Notes under the pieces: model-generated | What the model was told of the DNA's origin: nothing | Database searches by the model: none | What the model saw: the letters and a program-made list of their open reading frames with translations, nothing else | Shown here: positions 1 to 8,491 of the stretch, piece after piece | Layout: each line of letters opens with the position of its first letter | Numbering within the stretch: the stretch's first letter is position 1 | NCBI GenBank assembly: GCA_025457865.1 | Contig: JALOTP010000005.1 | Coordinates: 5,596-69,595 of the forward strand | DNA length: 64,000 bases | Source: Thermoplasmatota archaeon | Lineage (GTDB): Archaea > Thermoplasmatota > Penumbrarchaeia > Penumbrarchaeales > Penumbrarchaeaceae | Direction: 5' to 3' | Translations under genes and position numbers: made by a program

Positions 1-492
1 GCCATCTCTGTCCCAATCGGTCGTAGGGGAGGAATAATAGACATCTGAAAGATAGCTTTCGTCCATTTCCCATTCCGATGCCCCGGCATGCAGATAGCGA
101 ACCGGGACCACGTCACTGTCCCCTCCTAAGAGGACATAGCGAAGGTTATCATTGGAGCTTGACCGGAGAGCACCTATGAAGTTGAACAATCTCTCAGCAT
201 CATCTCGACCAGGCCCCTTGAGGATGCCGCTCTCTCCATCAAGTAAGAACATCTCCGAACTGAGACCGGTCCTCAACCTCCACTCTATCAACGGACCGAA
301 CCCGTCTTTCAATGCTGATGTCGTTATTATGGCATATTCCAGTTCCGAACCTGCGCTGGTTTGTAGCTCGCTACGGCCCACCATATACTCGTTCATTGCC
401 GTTGGGACCGAAATGATGGACCAAGGCACCGAAATGAGGGCGAATAGTAATGCGAAGGGGACCATGAGCGGGTAATGGATATTGTTCGGCAT
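1..492 (-). CDS. Secreted peptidase C25 (gingipain-like) family protein, N-terminal part; runs off window edge
   Basis: Not in ORF track. Manual translation from ATG 492: MPNNIHYPLMVPFALLFALISVPWSII (signal-like)...EYAIITT...YVLLGGDSDVVPVRY...YLSDVYYS...DWDRDG, typical C25 N-terminal motifs; open to position 1. Confidence 0.8.
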   Translation of the reverse strand, partial: MPNNIHYPLMVPFALLFALISVPWSIISVPTAMNEYMVGRSELQTSAGSELEYAIITTSALKDGFGPLIEWRLRTGLSSEMFLLDGESGILKGPGRDDAERLFNFIGALRSSSNDNLRYVLLGGDSDVVPVRYLHAGASEWEMDESYLSDVYYSSPTTDWDRDG

Positions 493-729
493 GACGGTCC
501 TTCCCGGTCGTTGAAGATCGATGACTTAACGGATTAGTCCCTATTTATGTCTTTTATGGACGTGGACCGTAATAATTCGGCCATCATTGAACATTCGAAT
601 GTTTTTTTTTGCATACACTGGTAGAAAAGATATATAACCCCCCTCTTGTTTACCCGCATTCCACGGGATGAACAGGGCTTGTTCGGGTCCGTCCTGATGG
701 GTCCTGTAGGGCCCGTAAACGGACATGAC

Positions 730-804
730 GGGCCTGTGGCTTAGCCTGGATATAGCGCCGGCCTTCTAAGCCGGATGTCGGGGGTTCGAATCCCCCCAGG
801 TCCG
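730..804 (+). tRNA. tRNA-Arg(UCU)
   Basis: GGGCCTG/CAGGTCC acceptor stem, anticodon arm CCGGC-CT-TCT-AA-GCCGG, T-loop GTTCGAATC. Confidence 0.97.
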
Positions 805-837
805 CCTTGGTCCCGAAAAAACATACGAGGCTACCGG

Positions 838-942
838 ATGAAGCGCAGCTCAAGAGCATGGAAGAAAAAGGGAAACATGCGGTGGAAATGGAGAAAGAAG
901 AGGATGCGCCGCAGGAAGAAGGCAGCAATGAAGCAGAAGTGA
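838..942 (+). CDS. rpl41e: Ribosomal protein eL41 (L41e/eS32), 34 aa
   Basis: Below the ORF-track cutoff. MKRSSRAWKKKGNMRWKWRKKRMRRRKKAAMKQK contains the MRWKWRKKRMRR eL41 signature with an archaeal basic N-terminal extension. Confidence 0.92.
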   Translation: MKRSSRAWKKKGNMRWKWRKKRMRRRKKAAMKQK

Positions 943-1008
943 GCTTTAGCTCAATGGCTTTGACGCAATTCTTACCGGATCGGCCTTGGAGGATTTCCAT
1001 AACCCCAA

Positions 1009-1204
1009 GGGAGCATGGTGTAACCAGGTAGCACAACGGGCTCCAGTTACGAAGATGATTGGAAACGGGTCTGCTGATGCCTGAGGACGCTCGGGCTGTG
1101 ATGATTGACTGGAGCGATGATCCGTGAACAGAGGGCCCCGTGCCCTACCTGACGCTCAACGTAGGCGATACCCGTTTGTCTGGGTTCAAATCCCAGTGCT
1201 CCCA
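1009..1204 (+). tRNA. tRNA-Trp(CCA) with 123-nt intron (1047-1169) at position 37/38
   Basis: Exon1 GGGAGCA...ACGGG-CT-CCA-G; exon2 A-CCCGT...GGTTCAAATCC...TGCTCCCA; bulge-helix-bulge-like junction with one U-C mismatch in the central helix. Confidence 0.95.
1047..1169 (+). ncRNA. Intron-encoded box C/D guide RNA for 2'-O-methylation of tRNA-Trp C34 and C39
   Basis: Box C AAGATGA 1052-1058, D' CTGA 1074-1077, C' GTGATGA 1098-1104, D-like ATGA 1117-1120; both guides are complementary to the host tRNA and the +5 rule gives C39 and C34. Confidence 0.85.
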
Positions 1205-1428
1205 TCTATTGACCCTGTTCAGTCTATAAGCTGAAATGGATGCCCCATAAACGTCTGGGATTTGAACCCTCGGGTCTTTGGCATTTCAGATGATGTGAGA
1301 TCAACGAAAGGAAATGCCAAAGTGCGCACAAACCGTTATCACTTATGTTTGGTTCTGAGGTTTGGGCTGCATCAAATCCCAGTGCTCCCATCTATTGACT
1401 GAGTTCTTTCTATGATATGGAATGGATG
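1186..1428. repeat. Direct repeat of the tRNA-Trp 3' end (1186-1242 vs 1372-1428) enclosing a small palindromic element
   Basis: 28-bp exact repeat TCAAATCCCAGTGCTCCCATCTATTGAC, extending to 48/57 identity; antisense T-arm copy CTGGGATTTGAACCC at 1255-1269; 12-bp inverted repeat 1276-1287/1311-1322. Confidence 0.85.
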
Positions 1429-1481
1429 ATCGAACTACAATAAGAATCATAACCCACCATATTCACCTTCATCATGCTCAT

Positions 1482-1727
1482 TCATTTCATCTGGACGGCA
1501 GGAAGGGTCTTGGTATCTAGGACTCCGGGGAGCGAGCGGACCTTCTTGATGACGAACGTCCCGAGCTCCTCGAAGTTCCTAGCTTCCACTCGTAGGATGA
1601 GGTCATACTCTCCGAATAGCGGGTATATCTCCTGTGTTTCCTTCAATCCCTTGAGTTTCATGTAAGTAATCTTCTCCATATTCGACCTGGTGTTGACGAG
1701 GATGTAACCTATCACCAAGGGTATCAC
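1482..1727 (-). CDS. Stand-alone Lrp/AsnC ligand-binding (RAM) domain protein
   Basis: GYILVN...LFGEYDLILRVEA...VRSLPGVLDTKTL pattern; no HTH. Confidence 0.88.
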   Translation of the reverse strand: MIPLVIGYILVNTRSNMEKITYMKLKGLKETQEIYPLFGEYDLILRVEARNFEELGTFVIKKVRSLPGVLDTKTLPAVQMK

Positions 1728-1913
1728 CTTTCAAGACGAATTCCGCCCCGCTCCACCCGGTCCATGAAAGGTATGGGGCAGGCCCAACTTATACTCTTGC
1801 AGGGAGCTTTGGAGGTATCGATCACCATCTTTTCATGACCGCCGGGCCGGGGACGGCCTATGAAAGTTTTATCTAATCCGATGCACCTCTTGCCTAAAGG
1901 AAGGATATCTTCG

Positions 1914-3362
1914 ATGAACGAGTGCATTGGCTGGGTCCCAGAGCATAATGAGCTCCTCCAACTCTATGAGAGCCTCGAGGACGGTGTGATATTCGTTAAA
2001 GAGGATGGGACCATAAAAGGAATGAACTCAAAGGCTTGTCAGGTCCTGGGAACGGGGAACGACCTTCCAGACAAGCACCTGCTCGACATCCTTCCCGGTT
2101 CGGGGTTGGACCTGTCCAAGATACCACATGTCGAGGGAGATGAGGGGGAGATCCCCTTTGAAAGAAGGGTTTTCGAGCTGCGATTGGACCATTCCTCGCT
2201 TGGCTACATCGAAGCGTCCTGCCGGAGACTTCCGGGTGACTCTTCGGGTTTCCTGACCATTGTCAGGGACGTGACAAAGCAATGGAAGGACGAATCCGCG
2301 ATCAAGGAGAGCGAGGAGAAGTACAGGGCCGCTGTCGAGCAGAGCGCAGAGAACATTTACCTGATGGACGTCAGGACCAACCGTATCATTGAGACCAATT
2401 CAGCACTGCAAGAGCTTCTCGGTTATTCGGCAGAGGAGATGAGGGGGATGGAGGTCTCTCATTTCGTTGCCCATCCATCGAACAATATATCTCATCAGAT
2501 CCAGACGGTCATCGAGCAGGGCAGGGCGATCATAGGTGAGCGCATCTACAAGAAGAAGGATGGTGGTCTGGTCGATGTCGAGGTCAGTGCGAGCCATCTC
2601 AAGTACGGAGAAAGATCGGTCCTCTGCATCGTCTCAAGGGATATTACGGAGAGGAACCGGGCCAGGAGACAGCTGATAGAGGAGAGGAACCGCGCTGAGC
2701 TCTACCTGGACCTGCTCGCTCACGACATAGGTAACCTCCATCATGGCATGCTCTCCGGGCTGGACATGTACTCAATGGTCAGGGGAGATGGTTACAAGGA
2801 GGGGAGGGCGATTGACATGGTCGTCGGGCTCCTGAAAAGGTCCGTCGCCCTGGTCGATAACATCCTGAAACTGACCAGACTAACGACTGTGCCTATAATA
2901 CCAGAATCCATCCCTCTGATGGAGCTGTTAGGCAGGATATCCTCATCCGTAGCCGATTCCTTCCCTGATAAGACCCCTACGATCCGATTTGAAGGCAGCG
3001 GAGAAGGTGTGAAAATAATCGCTGAACCCATAATCGAGGAGGCTTTTTACAACATCATCCACAATGCCATCAAGTTCCAGAAAGGTCCCGAGGCCATGGT
3101 CGAGATAACGGTCCAAAGAGGCACCCTAGGTGCTATCATCATAGAAATATCCGACCAGGGGCCGGGCATACCTCCGGATGTAAGAGGTGAAATATTCAAC
3201 AGGTTCAACAGCCGCCCAAATCAGAAGCAAACAGGGCTAGGCATGTCCATAACAAAGGCCCTGGTCGAGAGGTCACATGGCAGGGTTTTTATCGCTGACA
3301 GGGTCCAGGGGGACTTCAGGAAGGGGACCCGGGTGGTCATAGAGCTTCCAGTAGAACCATGA
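1914..3362 (+). CDS. PAS-PAS sensor histidine kinase
   Basis: Two PAS/PAC domains (IVRDVT, VSRDITER), H-box LLAHDIGN, N-box NIIHNAIKF, G1 DQGPGI, G2 TGLGMSI; start could be 1860. Confidence 0.92.
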   Translation: MNECIGWVPEHNELLQLYESLEDGVIFVKEDGTIKGMNSKACQVLGTGNDLPDKHLLDILPGSGLDLSKIPHVEGDEGEIPFERRVFELRLDHSSLGYIEASCRRLPGDSSGFLTIVRDVTKQWKDESAIKESEEKYRAAVEQSAENIYLMDVRTNRIIETNSALQELLGYSAEEMRGMEVSHFVAHPSNNISHQIQTVIEQGRAIIGERIYKKKDGGLVDVEVSASHLKYGERSVLCIVSRDITERNRARRQLIEERNRAELYLDLLAHDIGNLHHGMLSGLDMYSMVRGDGYKEGRAIDMVVGLLKRSVALVDNILKLTRLTTVPIIPESIPLMELLGRISSSVADSFPDKTPTIRFEGSGEGVKIIAEPIIEEAFYNIIHNAIKFQKGPEAMVEITVQRGTLGAIIIEISDQGPGIPPDVRGEIFNRFNSRPNQKQTGLGMSITKALVERSHGRVFIADRVQGDFRKGTRVVIELPVEP

Positions 3363-3440
3363 CCGGATGGATTTCGAATAGGGGCTTATGACAGGTTGTT
3401 TGGATAAGTTTTATAAGGTTACAACCGGGATTCGTGTAAG

Positions 3441-4556
3441 ATGGACATGACCACGAAACGGGACCAGAAACCAAGGTCCGCTCCAGTTGCCCCGACTCGA
3501 AGCAGAGGGTTTCAAAGGACGGAAAATGCGGGACCAAAGAGGACGGAACCTGCCAAGATTTGCATTATCGTGGGCATAGTGACAATAATGCTATTTGGCG
3601 TCCTTGCCCTCATACTGGTCTTCGGTGCACATGGTATAGGAAGCATTGCGGTAGGGGGGGTCCAAGCGAGGGAGTCCGGGATATGGTTCGAGATAAGGAC
3701 CACCGGAAAGGGCCTTCGGTCCTTCACAGGAGATGTGGACATAGAGATTAGGATAGAGGATAAGGCGTCCATTGAAGGTTGGAGGACCATTCTCACCACT
3801 ACAACCAGGGTCAATGACGATTATGGGGTTAAAGAGGTCCCTTACGTCCAGTTCCTTCAGGGGAACAGTGAGTATATGATATCGGTCGAGGCCGGTGGCG
3901 AATCTTCCCAGGCCCCACTCCTCATAACGAATCTCGTTACATCTCTCGATGTCGAATGGTCCACTTTCATGCCGGACACCACAAGACCGGAATACTACGT
4001 CATGGTGGATATCACTTATATGGCCGGGTCGCAGCCTCCAAGGAACACAAGATACCCTTCCTCCTTCTCGTTCGAGGGGGAGATCATCGGACCCGGGGGG
4101 CCAGCAACCATAGTTCCATCGGCCGGCGGTGTATATACCATCCAGAAAGCGGTCGAGCACAGCAAAAGCGGCAATTACAGACTGGTCGCAACGCTTACGA
4201 ACCTTGACTGTATGGATGGTTCTTCCGGAAGGACCGTCGGACCGATGACCAACGACCTCTTTGATTTCGACGCCCCACCCTTCGCCCATGCCGGGGAGGA
4301 CCAGACGGTCAAGTTGGTGGATGGCATAGCAATAGTTGACCTCGATGCGGGCTTGTCATGGGACGATGGAGCGATAGTGGATTACAGCTGGGACTTCGAT
4401 GATGGTACGATCGATACGCTTAGCAAGACGCTCGTCAGACATACCTATTCCCAACCGGGGAACTATACCGTATCCCTTTCCGTCAAAGACGATAGGGGGC
4501 AGTCCTCCGTTCAGGATGCGATGGTGTCCACGGTCGTTATCACAGTGATGGAATGA
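3441..4556 (+). CDS. Membrane-anchored PKD-domain protein
   Basis: N-terminal TM helix; C-terminal PKD (AGEDQTV...YSWDFDDG...HTYSQPGNYTVSLSVKDDRG). Confidence 0.85.
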   Translation: MDMTTKRDQKPRSAPVAPTRSRGFQRTENAGPKRTEPAKICIIVGIVTIMLFGVLALILVFGAHGIGSIAVGGVQARESGIWFEIRTTGKGLRSFTGDVDIEIRIEDKASIEGWRTILTTTTRVNDDYGVKEVPYVQFLQGNSEYMISVEAGGESSQAPLLITNLVTSLDVEWSTFMPDTTRPEYYVMVDITYMAGSQPPRNTRYPSSFSFEGEIIGPGGPATIVPSAGGVYTIQKAVEHSKSGNYRLVATLTNLDCMDGSSGRTVGPMTNDLFDFDAPPFAHAGEDQTVKLVDGIAIVDLDAGLSWDDGAIVDYSWDFDDGTIDTLSKTLVRHTYSQPGNYTVSLSVKDDRGQSSVQDAMVSTVVITVME

Positions 4557-4581
4557 TCGGGTCATTACCCTCAAGGAACAC

Positions 4582-5862
4582 CTATCCACGGTCCCTTTGA
4601 TCGCCATCCACCCGCTCTGCAAGGATGTAGCAGCCTTTCCTGAACAGATGGACCCAGATCTGCCCTGTCAAACCTTTCTCGAGCGCTGCCCTTTCGCGCC
4701 AGTAACTGCTCGGGTCCATCCTGTACCTTGGAGTGACCTTGCCCGCCCTATGCTCCTTCAATGCTGTTGCGACACTGTCATGGTCCGGAGAGAATCCCAG
4801 TATCCGATAGCTTCCAATGAAGAACGGTGATGAGAGCGGTCCGTCCGACAGGATTACGGACCTCCTGCCATCCAGTTCCAGGTACTTGGCACCCGTTCCC
4901 ATGGCCTCCATCAATGTCCCGACCAATCCTGCCCTTACCACGGCATGGTCCAGCTCGAACATGTACCTTTCAGGGAATGGGACGACTACCTCCCCGAGAG
5001 TTGATAGGGGGAGGGGCCCAGAGATGCTTTCGCCACTTGGAAGGACCACCGCACTTCGGGCCTTCAGTGCGAGCGACCCCGTATATATGTTCAATCGATT
5101 GAGCCTCCCGTTCAATGAGACATACTCCGCCTCATGCGGGAACGTGATCTTCTCACCATCGATATAGGGTGGCAGTTCGAAACAGAAACCTTTTACACAC
5201 TGCCCATAGGCCTCCATAACTTTCCTAGGGTCCGGTCCGAGCTCTTCCAGGGTCCTTTCACGACTACCGGGGGGTCTTGCTGGATCGGAGAACACATGAC
5301 AACCTTCCTCGGCCATCCCGACCGCTTCGGGTGAAAGACAGTCCTGTAGATGAACCTCAAGGTTCCCGATCCCCAACGCTCTCGCATTGGTCCGGGATAT
5401 CAGACAGTTAAGAGGGTCAATATCGAATGCCAGGACCCTTTCGCATTCCATCGCAAGGAACAATGCTTGCCCGCCTTGGCCGCAGCTTACATCGATGCAT
5501 AGATCCCCCCTAAGGCGATATGCGCAATGCTTGGCTGCGGGTTCAGGTGTGGCCCACCTCAAACCTTCATGGGTGAAGAAGAGGTCGTCCCCTCTCGAGA
5601 ACTTCTCAGTTGCTAAAATACGGGTCACGGCCATATCGCGGATGACGGATAGGGCTCCAGGGCTAAGTGATGAGGGCTGGCAAAGAGGGGCTGGGTTCAC
5701 TTTCCCGTTCTTCCGGTCCAAGGAATGCTGCATTTTATCCACAATGGCTGCCAATTCCTCAAAGCTCAATCGCTCCAGCTCTTGAACGACAGTTCGGTTG
5801 CACAAAGGGTCATTTTCGATCTCGAGCCCTTCTTCCAGGTCGCTCTTTCCGTGTTCGTTCAC
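4582..5862 (-). CDS. Class I SAM-dependent methyltransferase (Tgs1/RNA-cap guanine-N2 MTase-like) with THUMP-like C-terminus
   Basis: LRWATPE, IDVSCGQGGQ SAM motif, DIDP, FSDPARP. Confidence 0.75.
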   Translation of the reverse strand: MNEHGKSDLEEGLEIENDPLCNRTVVQELERLSFEELAAIVDKMQHSLDRKNGKVNPAPLCQPSSLSPGALSVIRDMAVTRILATEKFSRGDDLFFTHEGLRWATPEPAAKHCAYRLRGDLCIDVSCGQGGQALFLAMECERVLAFDIDPLNCLISRTNARALGIGNLEVHLQDCLSPEAVGMAEEGCHVFSDPARPPGSRERTLEELGPDPRKVMEAYGQCVKGFCFELPPYIDGEKITFPHEAEYVSLNGRLNRLNIYTGSLALKARSAVVLPSGESISGPLPLSTLGEVVVPFPERYMFELDHAVVRAGLVGTLMEAMGTGAKYLELDGRRSVILSDGPLSSPFFIGSYRILGFSPDHDSVATALKEHRAGKVTPRYRMDPSSYWRERAALEKGLTGQIWVHLFRKGCYILAERVDGDQRDRG

Positions 5863-5955
5863 ACCCCTTCAGGGATGATAAACTTTTTAAATGATGTGGG
5901 CCTAATGCCCCCCTCCCCTCATTAAAGAGAGGGAAACGATGTCGGAGGAGTCAGT

Positions 5956-6318
5956 ATGTCTGTAAAAGGAAAAACGGACCCGGGTCTGGTATCCCTCATA
6001 GAGGACCTAAAGAGATGGTCCTGGGAGAACCAGGCACCGATCTGGCGAGACATCGCTAGGCGCCTGGAGAAACCATCCAGGGTATGGGCGGAGGTCAATA
6101 TTTCCCGCATCTCCATTCATGTGGGGAAGGGGGAGACGCTCATAGTCCCGGGAAAGCTCCTAGGTGCCGGCGAGATCGATCGCCCGGTCACAGTTGCCAG
6201 CGTGAAGACCACCAGGGGCGCAAGGGATAAGATAGTCAAAGCGGGCGGTACCGTTCTGACCATCCCCCAGCTCGTGAAGGCCAACCCAAAGGGTACAGGC
6301 GTGAGGATAATGGGGTGA
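5956..6318 (+). CDS. rpl18e: 50S ribosomal protein eL18
   Basis: KTDP...APIWRDIARRLEKPSR...VPGKLLGAG...NPKG; RBS GGAGGA. Confidence 0.97.
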   Translation: MSVKGKTDPGLVSLIEDLKRWSWENQAPIWRDIARRLEKPSRVWAEVNISRISIHVGKGETLIVPGKLLGAGEIDRPVTVASVKTTRGARDKIVKAGGTVLTIPQLVKANPKGTGVRIMG

Positions 6319-6319
6319 T

Positions 6320-6754
6320 ATGATGGTCGAGGTAATAGACGCCAAGGGTCTGGTCCTTGGCAGGCTCTCCACATATGTCGCGAAGAGGCTGCTCAGGGAG
6401 ATGGACCTCCAGTTAGCCATAATAAATGCAGATAAGGCCATAGTGTCCGGGAACCGGAAGATGGTCATTGAGAGCTATATCGACAGGAGACGGCTCAACC
6501 ATCAGAGGAAGGGGCCTTACTTCCCGCGGCAGCCCGACCGGATCCTTAAGAGGACCGTAAGGGGAATGCTCCCTATCAAGCTCCCCAAGGGACGCCAAGC
6601 CTTCAAGAGGCTCAAGGTCTATATCGGGATCCCAACGGAGCTTGCGAAGGAAAAGACCACGAAGGTTAAGGTCGCAATGAAGGACAACCTCGAGCATTTC
6701 GTCGAACTGGGCGAGATCTCCAAAGCCCTTGGGGCAAAGTTCCAGGAGGGATGA
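6320..6754 (+). CDS. rpl13: 50S ribosomal protein uL13
   Basis: IDAKGLVLGRLS...GPYFPRQPDRILKRTVRGMLP. Confidence 0.97.
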   Translation: MMVEVIDAKGLVLGRLSTYVAKRLLREMDLQLAIINADKAIVSGNRKMVIESYIDRRRLNHQRKGPYFPRQPDRILKRTVRGMLPIKLPKGRQAFKRLKVYIGIPTELAKEKTTKVKVAMKDNLEHFVELGEISKALGAKFQEG

Positions 6755-7158
6755 TTTTGTCTAAGACCGTCAATACAAGCGGTAAGAGGAAGACCGCCAT
6801 CGCAAAGGCCACCATCTCCTCCGGCAAGGGAAGGATCAGGGTCAACCGCAAACCCATAGAACTGGTACAGCCGGAGATAGCCAGATTGAAGATGATGGAA
6901 CCGTTGGTCCTGGCAAGGGATAGGTCGGACAAGGTGGATATCAAGATCGACGTGGAGGGTGGCGGGTACATGGGGCAGGCCGATGCGGTTAGGACCGCCA
7001 TAGCAAGGGGGATGGTCCTGTTCTTCAATGATGATGACCTCAAACAGATGTACATCCATTACGACAGGTCGCTCCTCGTTAACGACCCCAGACGGCATTT
7101 CCCGAAGACCCCTCTCGGAAGAGGGGCGAGGAAGAGAAGGCAGAAGTCCTATCGTTGA
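6751..7158 (+). CDS. rps9: 30S ribosomal protein uS9
   Basis: SGKRKTAIAKA...GGGYMGQADAVRTAIARG...GARKRRQKSYR. Confidence 0.98.
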   Translation: MILSKTVNTSGKRKTAIAKATISSGKGRIRVNRKPIELVQPEIARLKMMEPLVLARDRSDKVDIKIDVEGGGYMGQADAVRTAIARGMVLFFNDDDLKQMYIHYDRSLLVNDPRRHFPKTPLGRGARKRRQKSYR

Positions 7159-7286
7159 AAATGCCCCTGTTCCATACTGCTCACGACCTATGCAAGGTGG
7201 GTCCCGCAAAGGCTATTTACCGTTTGTACTTACCTATGGTGCCATATAAGAGCGAATGACCGTTTGACCATTTGGATGGTGCTGCG

Positions 7287-7637
7287 ATGAAGGTATCAAA
7301 TGCTGATGAGGCCGCTTCCAGTGAGGTCAGGATGGACGGCGTGACCGGGACATCCATCCAATGGCTCGCATCCAAGACCGATGGTGCTCCCAATTTCGCC
7401 ATGAGGCGTTTCACCATGGCACCAGGGGGTACTATACCCCTCCATGACCACCCCTGGGAGCATGAGATATACATCTTGCAGGGGAAAGGAACGGCCCTTT
7501 ACGGGGACAGGAAGGTCGATATCGCTTCGGGAGATGTGATATTCATCCCCGGAAATGAACCCCACGGTTACATCAACGATGGAAAGGAGGACCTGGTTTT
7601 CCTCTGTATGATACCCAATTCCGGAGATCCGAGATGA
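7287..7637 (+). CDS. Cupin domain protein
   Basis: PGGTIPLHDHPWEHEIYILQG...FIPGNEPHGY metal-binding cupin motifs. Confidence 0.9.
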   Translation: MKVSNADEAASSEVRMDGVTGTSIQWLASKTDGAPNFAMRRFTMAPGGTIPLHDHPWEHEIYILQGKGTALYGDRKVDIASGDVIFIPGNEPHGYINDGKEDLVFLCMIPNSGDPR

Positions 7638-7733
7638 TCCTTGGATTGACAGGGGGCCAACACTAAAGACCAATCACAAGGGTTTTATGCAGCGAACCGG
7701 TTGTGCGTTGGAAATTCTCAGGTGGAGCCAAAA

Positions 7734-8156
7734 ATGGTCGTGTTCAAGGACACTCTGGCCTTTCGAACAACAGGAGAAGGTATGATCCTCGATCTAACGG
7801 CCAGGGTAGAGGAATGCGTAGCAAGGTCCGGTATCGGCGATGGCATCGTCAGCTGTTTCGCGGAAGGGGCGACAGCGGCATTGACCGTTTTGGAGTTCGA
7901 AGATGGTCTATTGGAGGACCTCCCCGCCATGCTGGAACGCATTGCACCTAAGGGGATCGATTACGCTCACCACCGGACTTGGAACGATGGCAACGGCCAT
8001 TCCCACATTAGGGCCTCCCTTATTGGACCTGACATAACACTCCCGGTCCGCAACGGAACGATGGTCAGGGGAAAATGGCAGCATATCATCTTCCTGGAGC
8101 TGGATGTAAGGCCGACCAGGGATAGAAATGTACACCTCACGGTCTTGGGGGAGTGA
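7734..8156 (+). CDS. YjbQ/UPF0047 family protein
   Basis: ATAALTVLE...YAHH...DGNGHSHIRASLIG...GKWQHI. Confidence 0.92.
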   Translation: MVVFKDTLAFRTTGEGMILDLTARVEECVARSGIGDGIVSCFAEGATAALTVLEFEDGLLEDLPAMLERIAPKGIDYAHHRTWNDGNGHSHIRASLIGPDITLPVRNGTMVRGKWQHIIFLELDVRPTRDRNVHLTVLGE

Positions 8157-8194
8157 ATGTCCCCGGGATATAACAAAAGCCATCATCGGCAGGC

Positions 8195-8380
8195 GGTCGC
8201 CCTCTCCGGGTTCTGACCCATCCCGGGGTTGTGTCCGATGCCTGGGTTGTCCTGAACCTCATCCCAGGACGTCACGTCCGAACGGTCGGCTAGGGACCCT
8301 TTAAGGCACCGTTGTTCTGTTGCCCCGGTATTGCCAGGGCGGATCATATATCACCGCCGTCTTCGAAGACCAGGGCGACC
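8195..8380 (-). ncRNA. Putative structured ncRNA (~186 nt), possibly a multi-hairpin H/ACA guide RNA
   Basis: Non-coding gap; minus-strand TATA (GATATATAAA, 8406-8397) just upstream; 9-bp terminal helix GGTCGCCCT/AGGGCGACC; several hairpins, two followed by ACA; K-loop-like TGATATATGA; T-rich tract downstream. Confidence 0.6.
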
Positions 8381-8491
8381 GGGCATTGATCGGGCCTTTA
8401 TATATCCCTTTGTGGAATAGACCCATCGAAACTATTGATGCGGACTAGATAATGATAAATAATCAATGATGTTAAGGGGGAAGGGAAACCG

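Noticed and set aside
807..1031. 74-aa ORF in the track (also 650-1036 minus and 152-475 plus)
   Set aside because: These overlap tRNAs or are off-frame/antisense shadows; the real genes are eL41 (838-942) and the minus-strand C25 peptidase
1186..1428. Active prophage or integrative element at tRNA-Trp
   Set aside because: The repeats are only 186 bp apart with no integrase or cargo; kept only as a scar or miniature repeat
8195..8380. RNase P RNA, SRP RNA or tRNA identity for the structured RNA
   Set aside because: No GAGGAA.UCC / ACAGAA..GCUU P4 pair, no SRP helix-8 GGAA/AGCA motif, and no T-loop or cloverleaf
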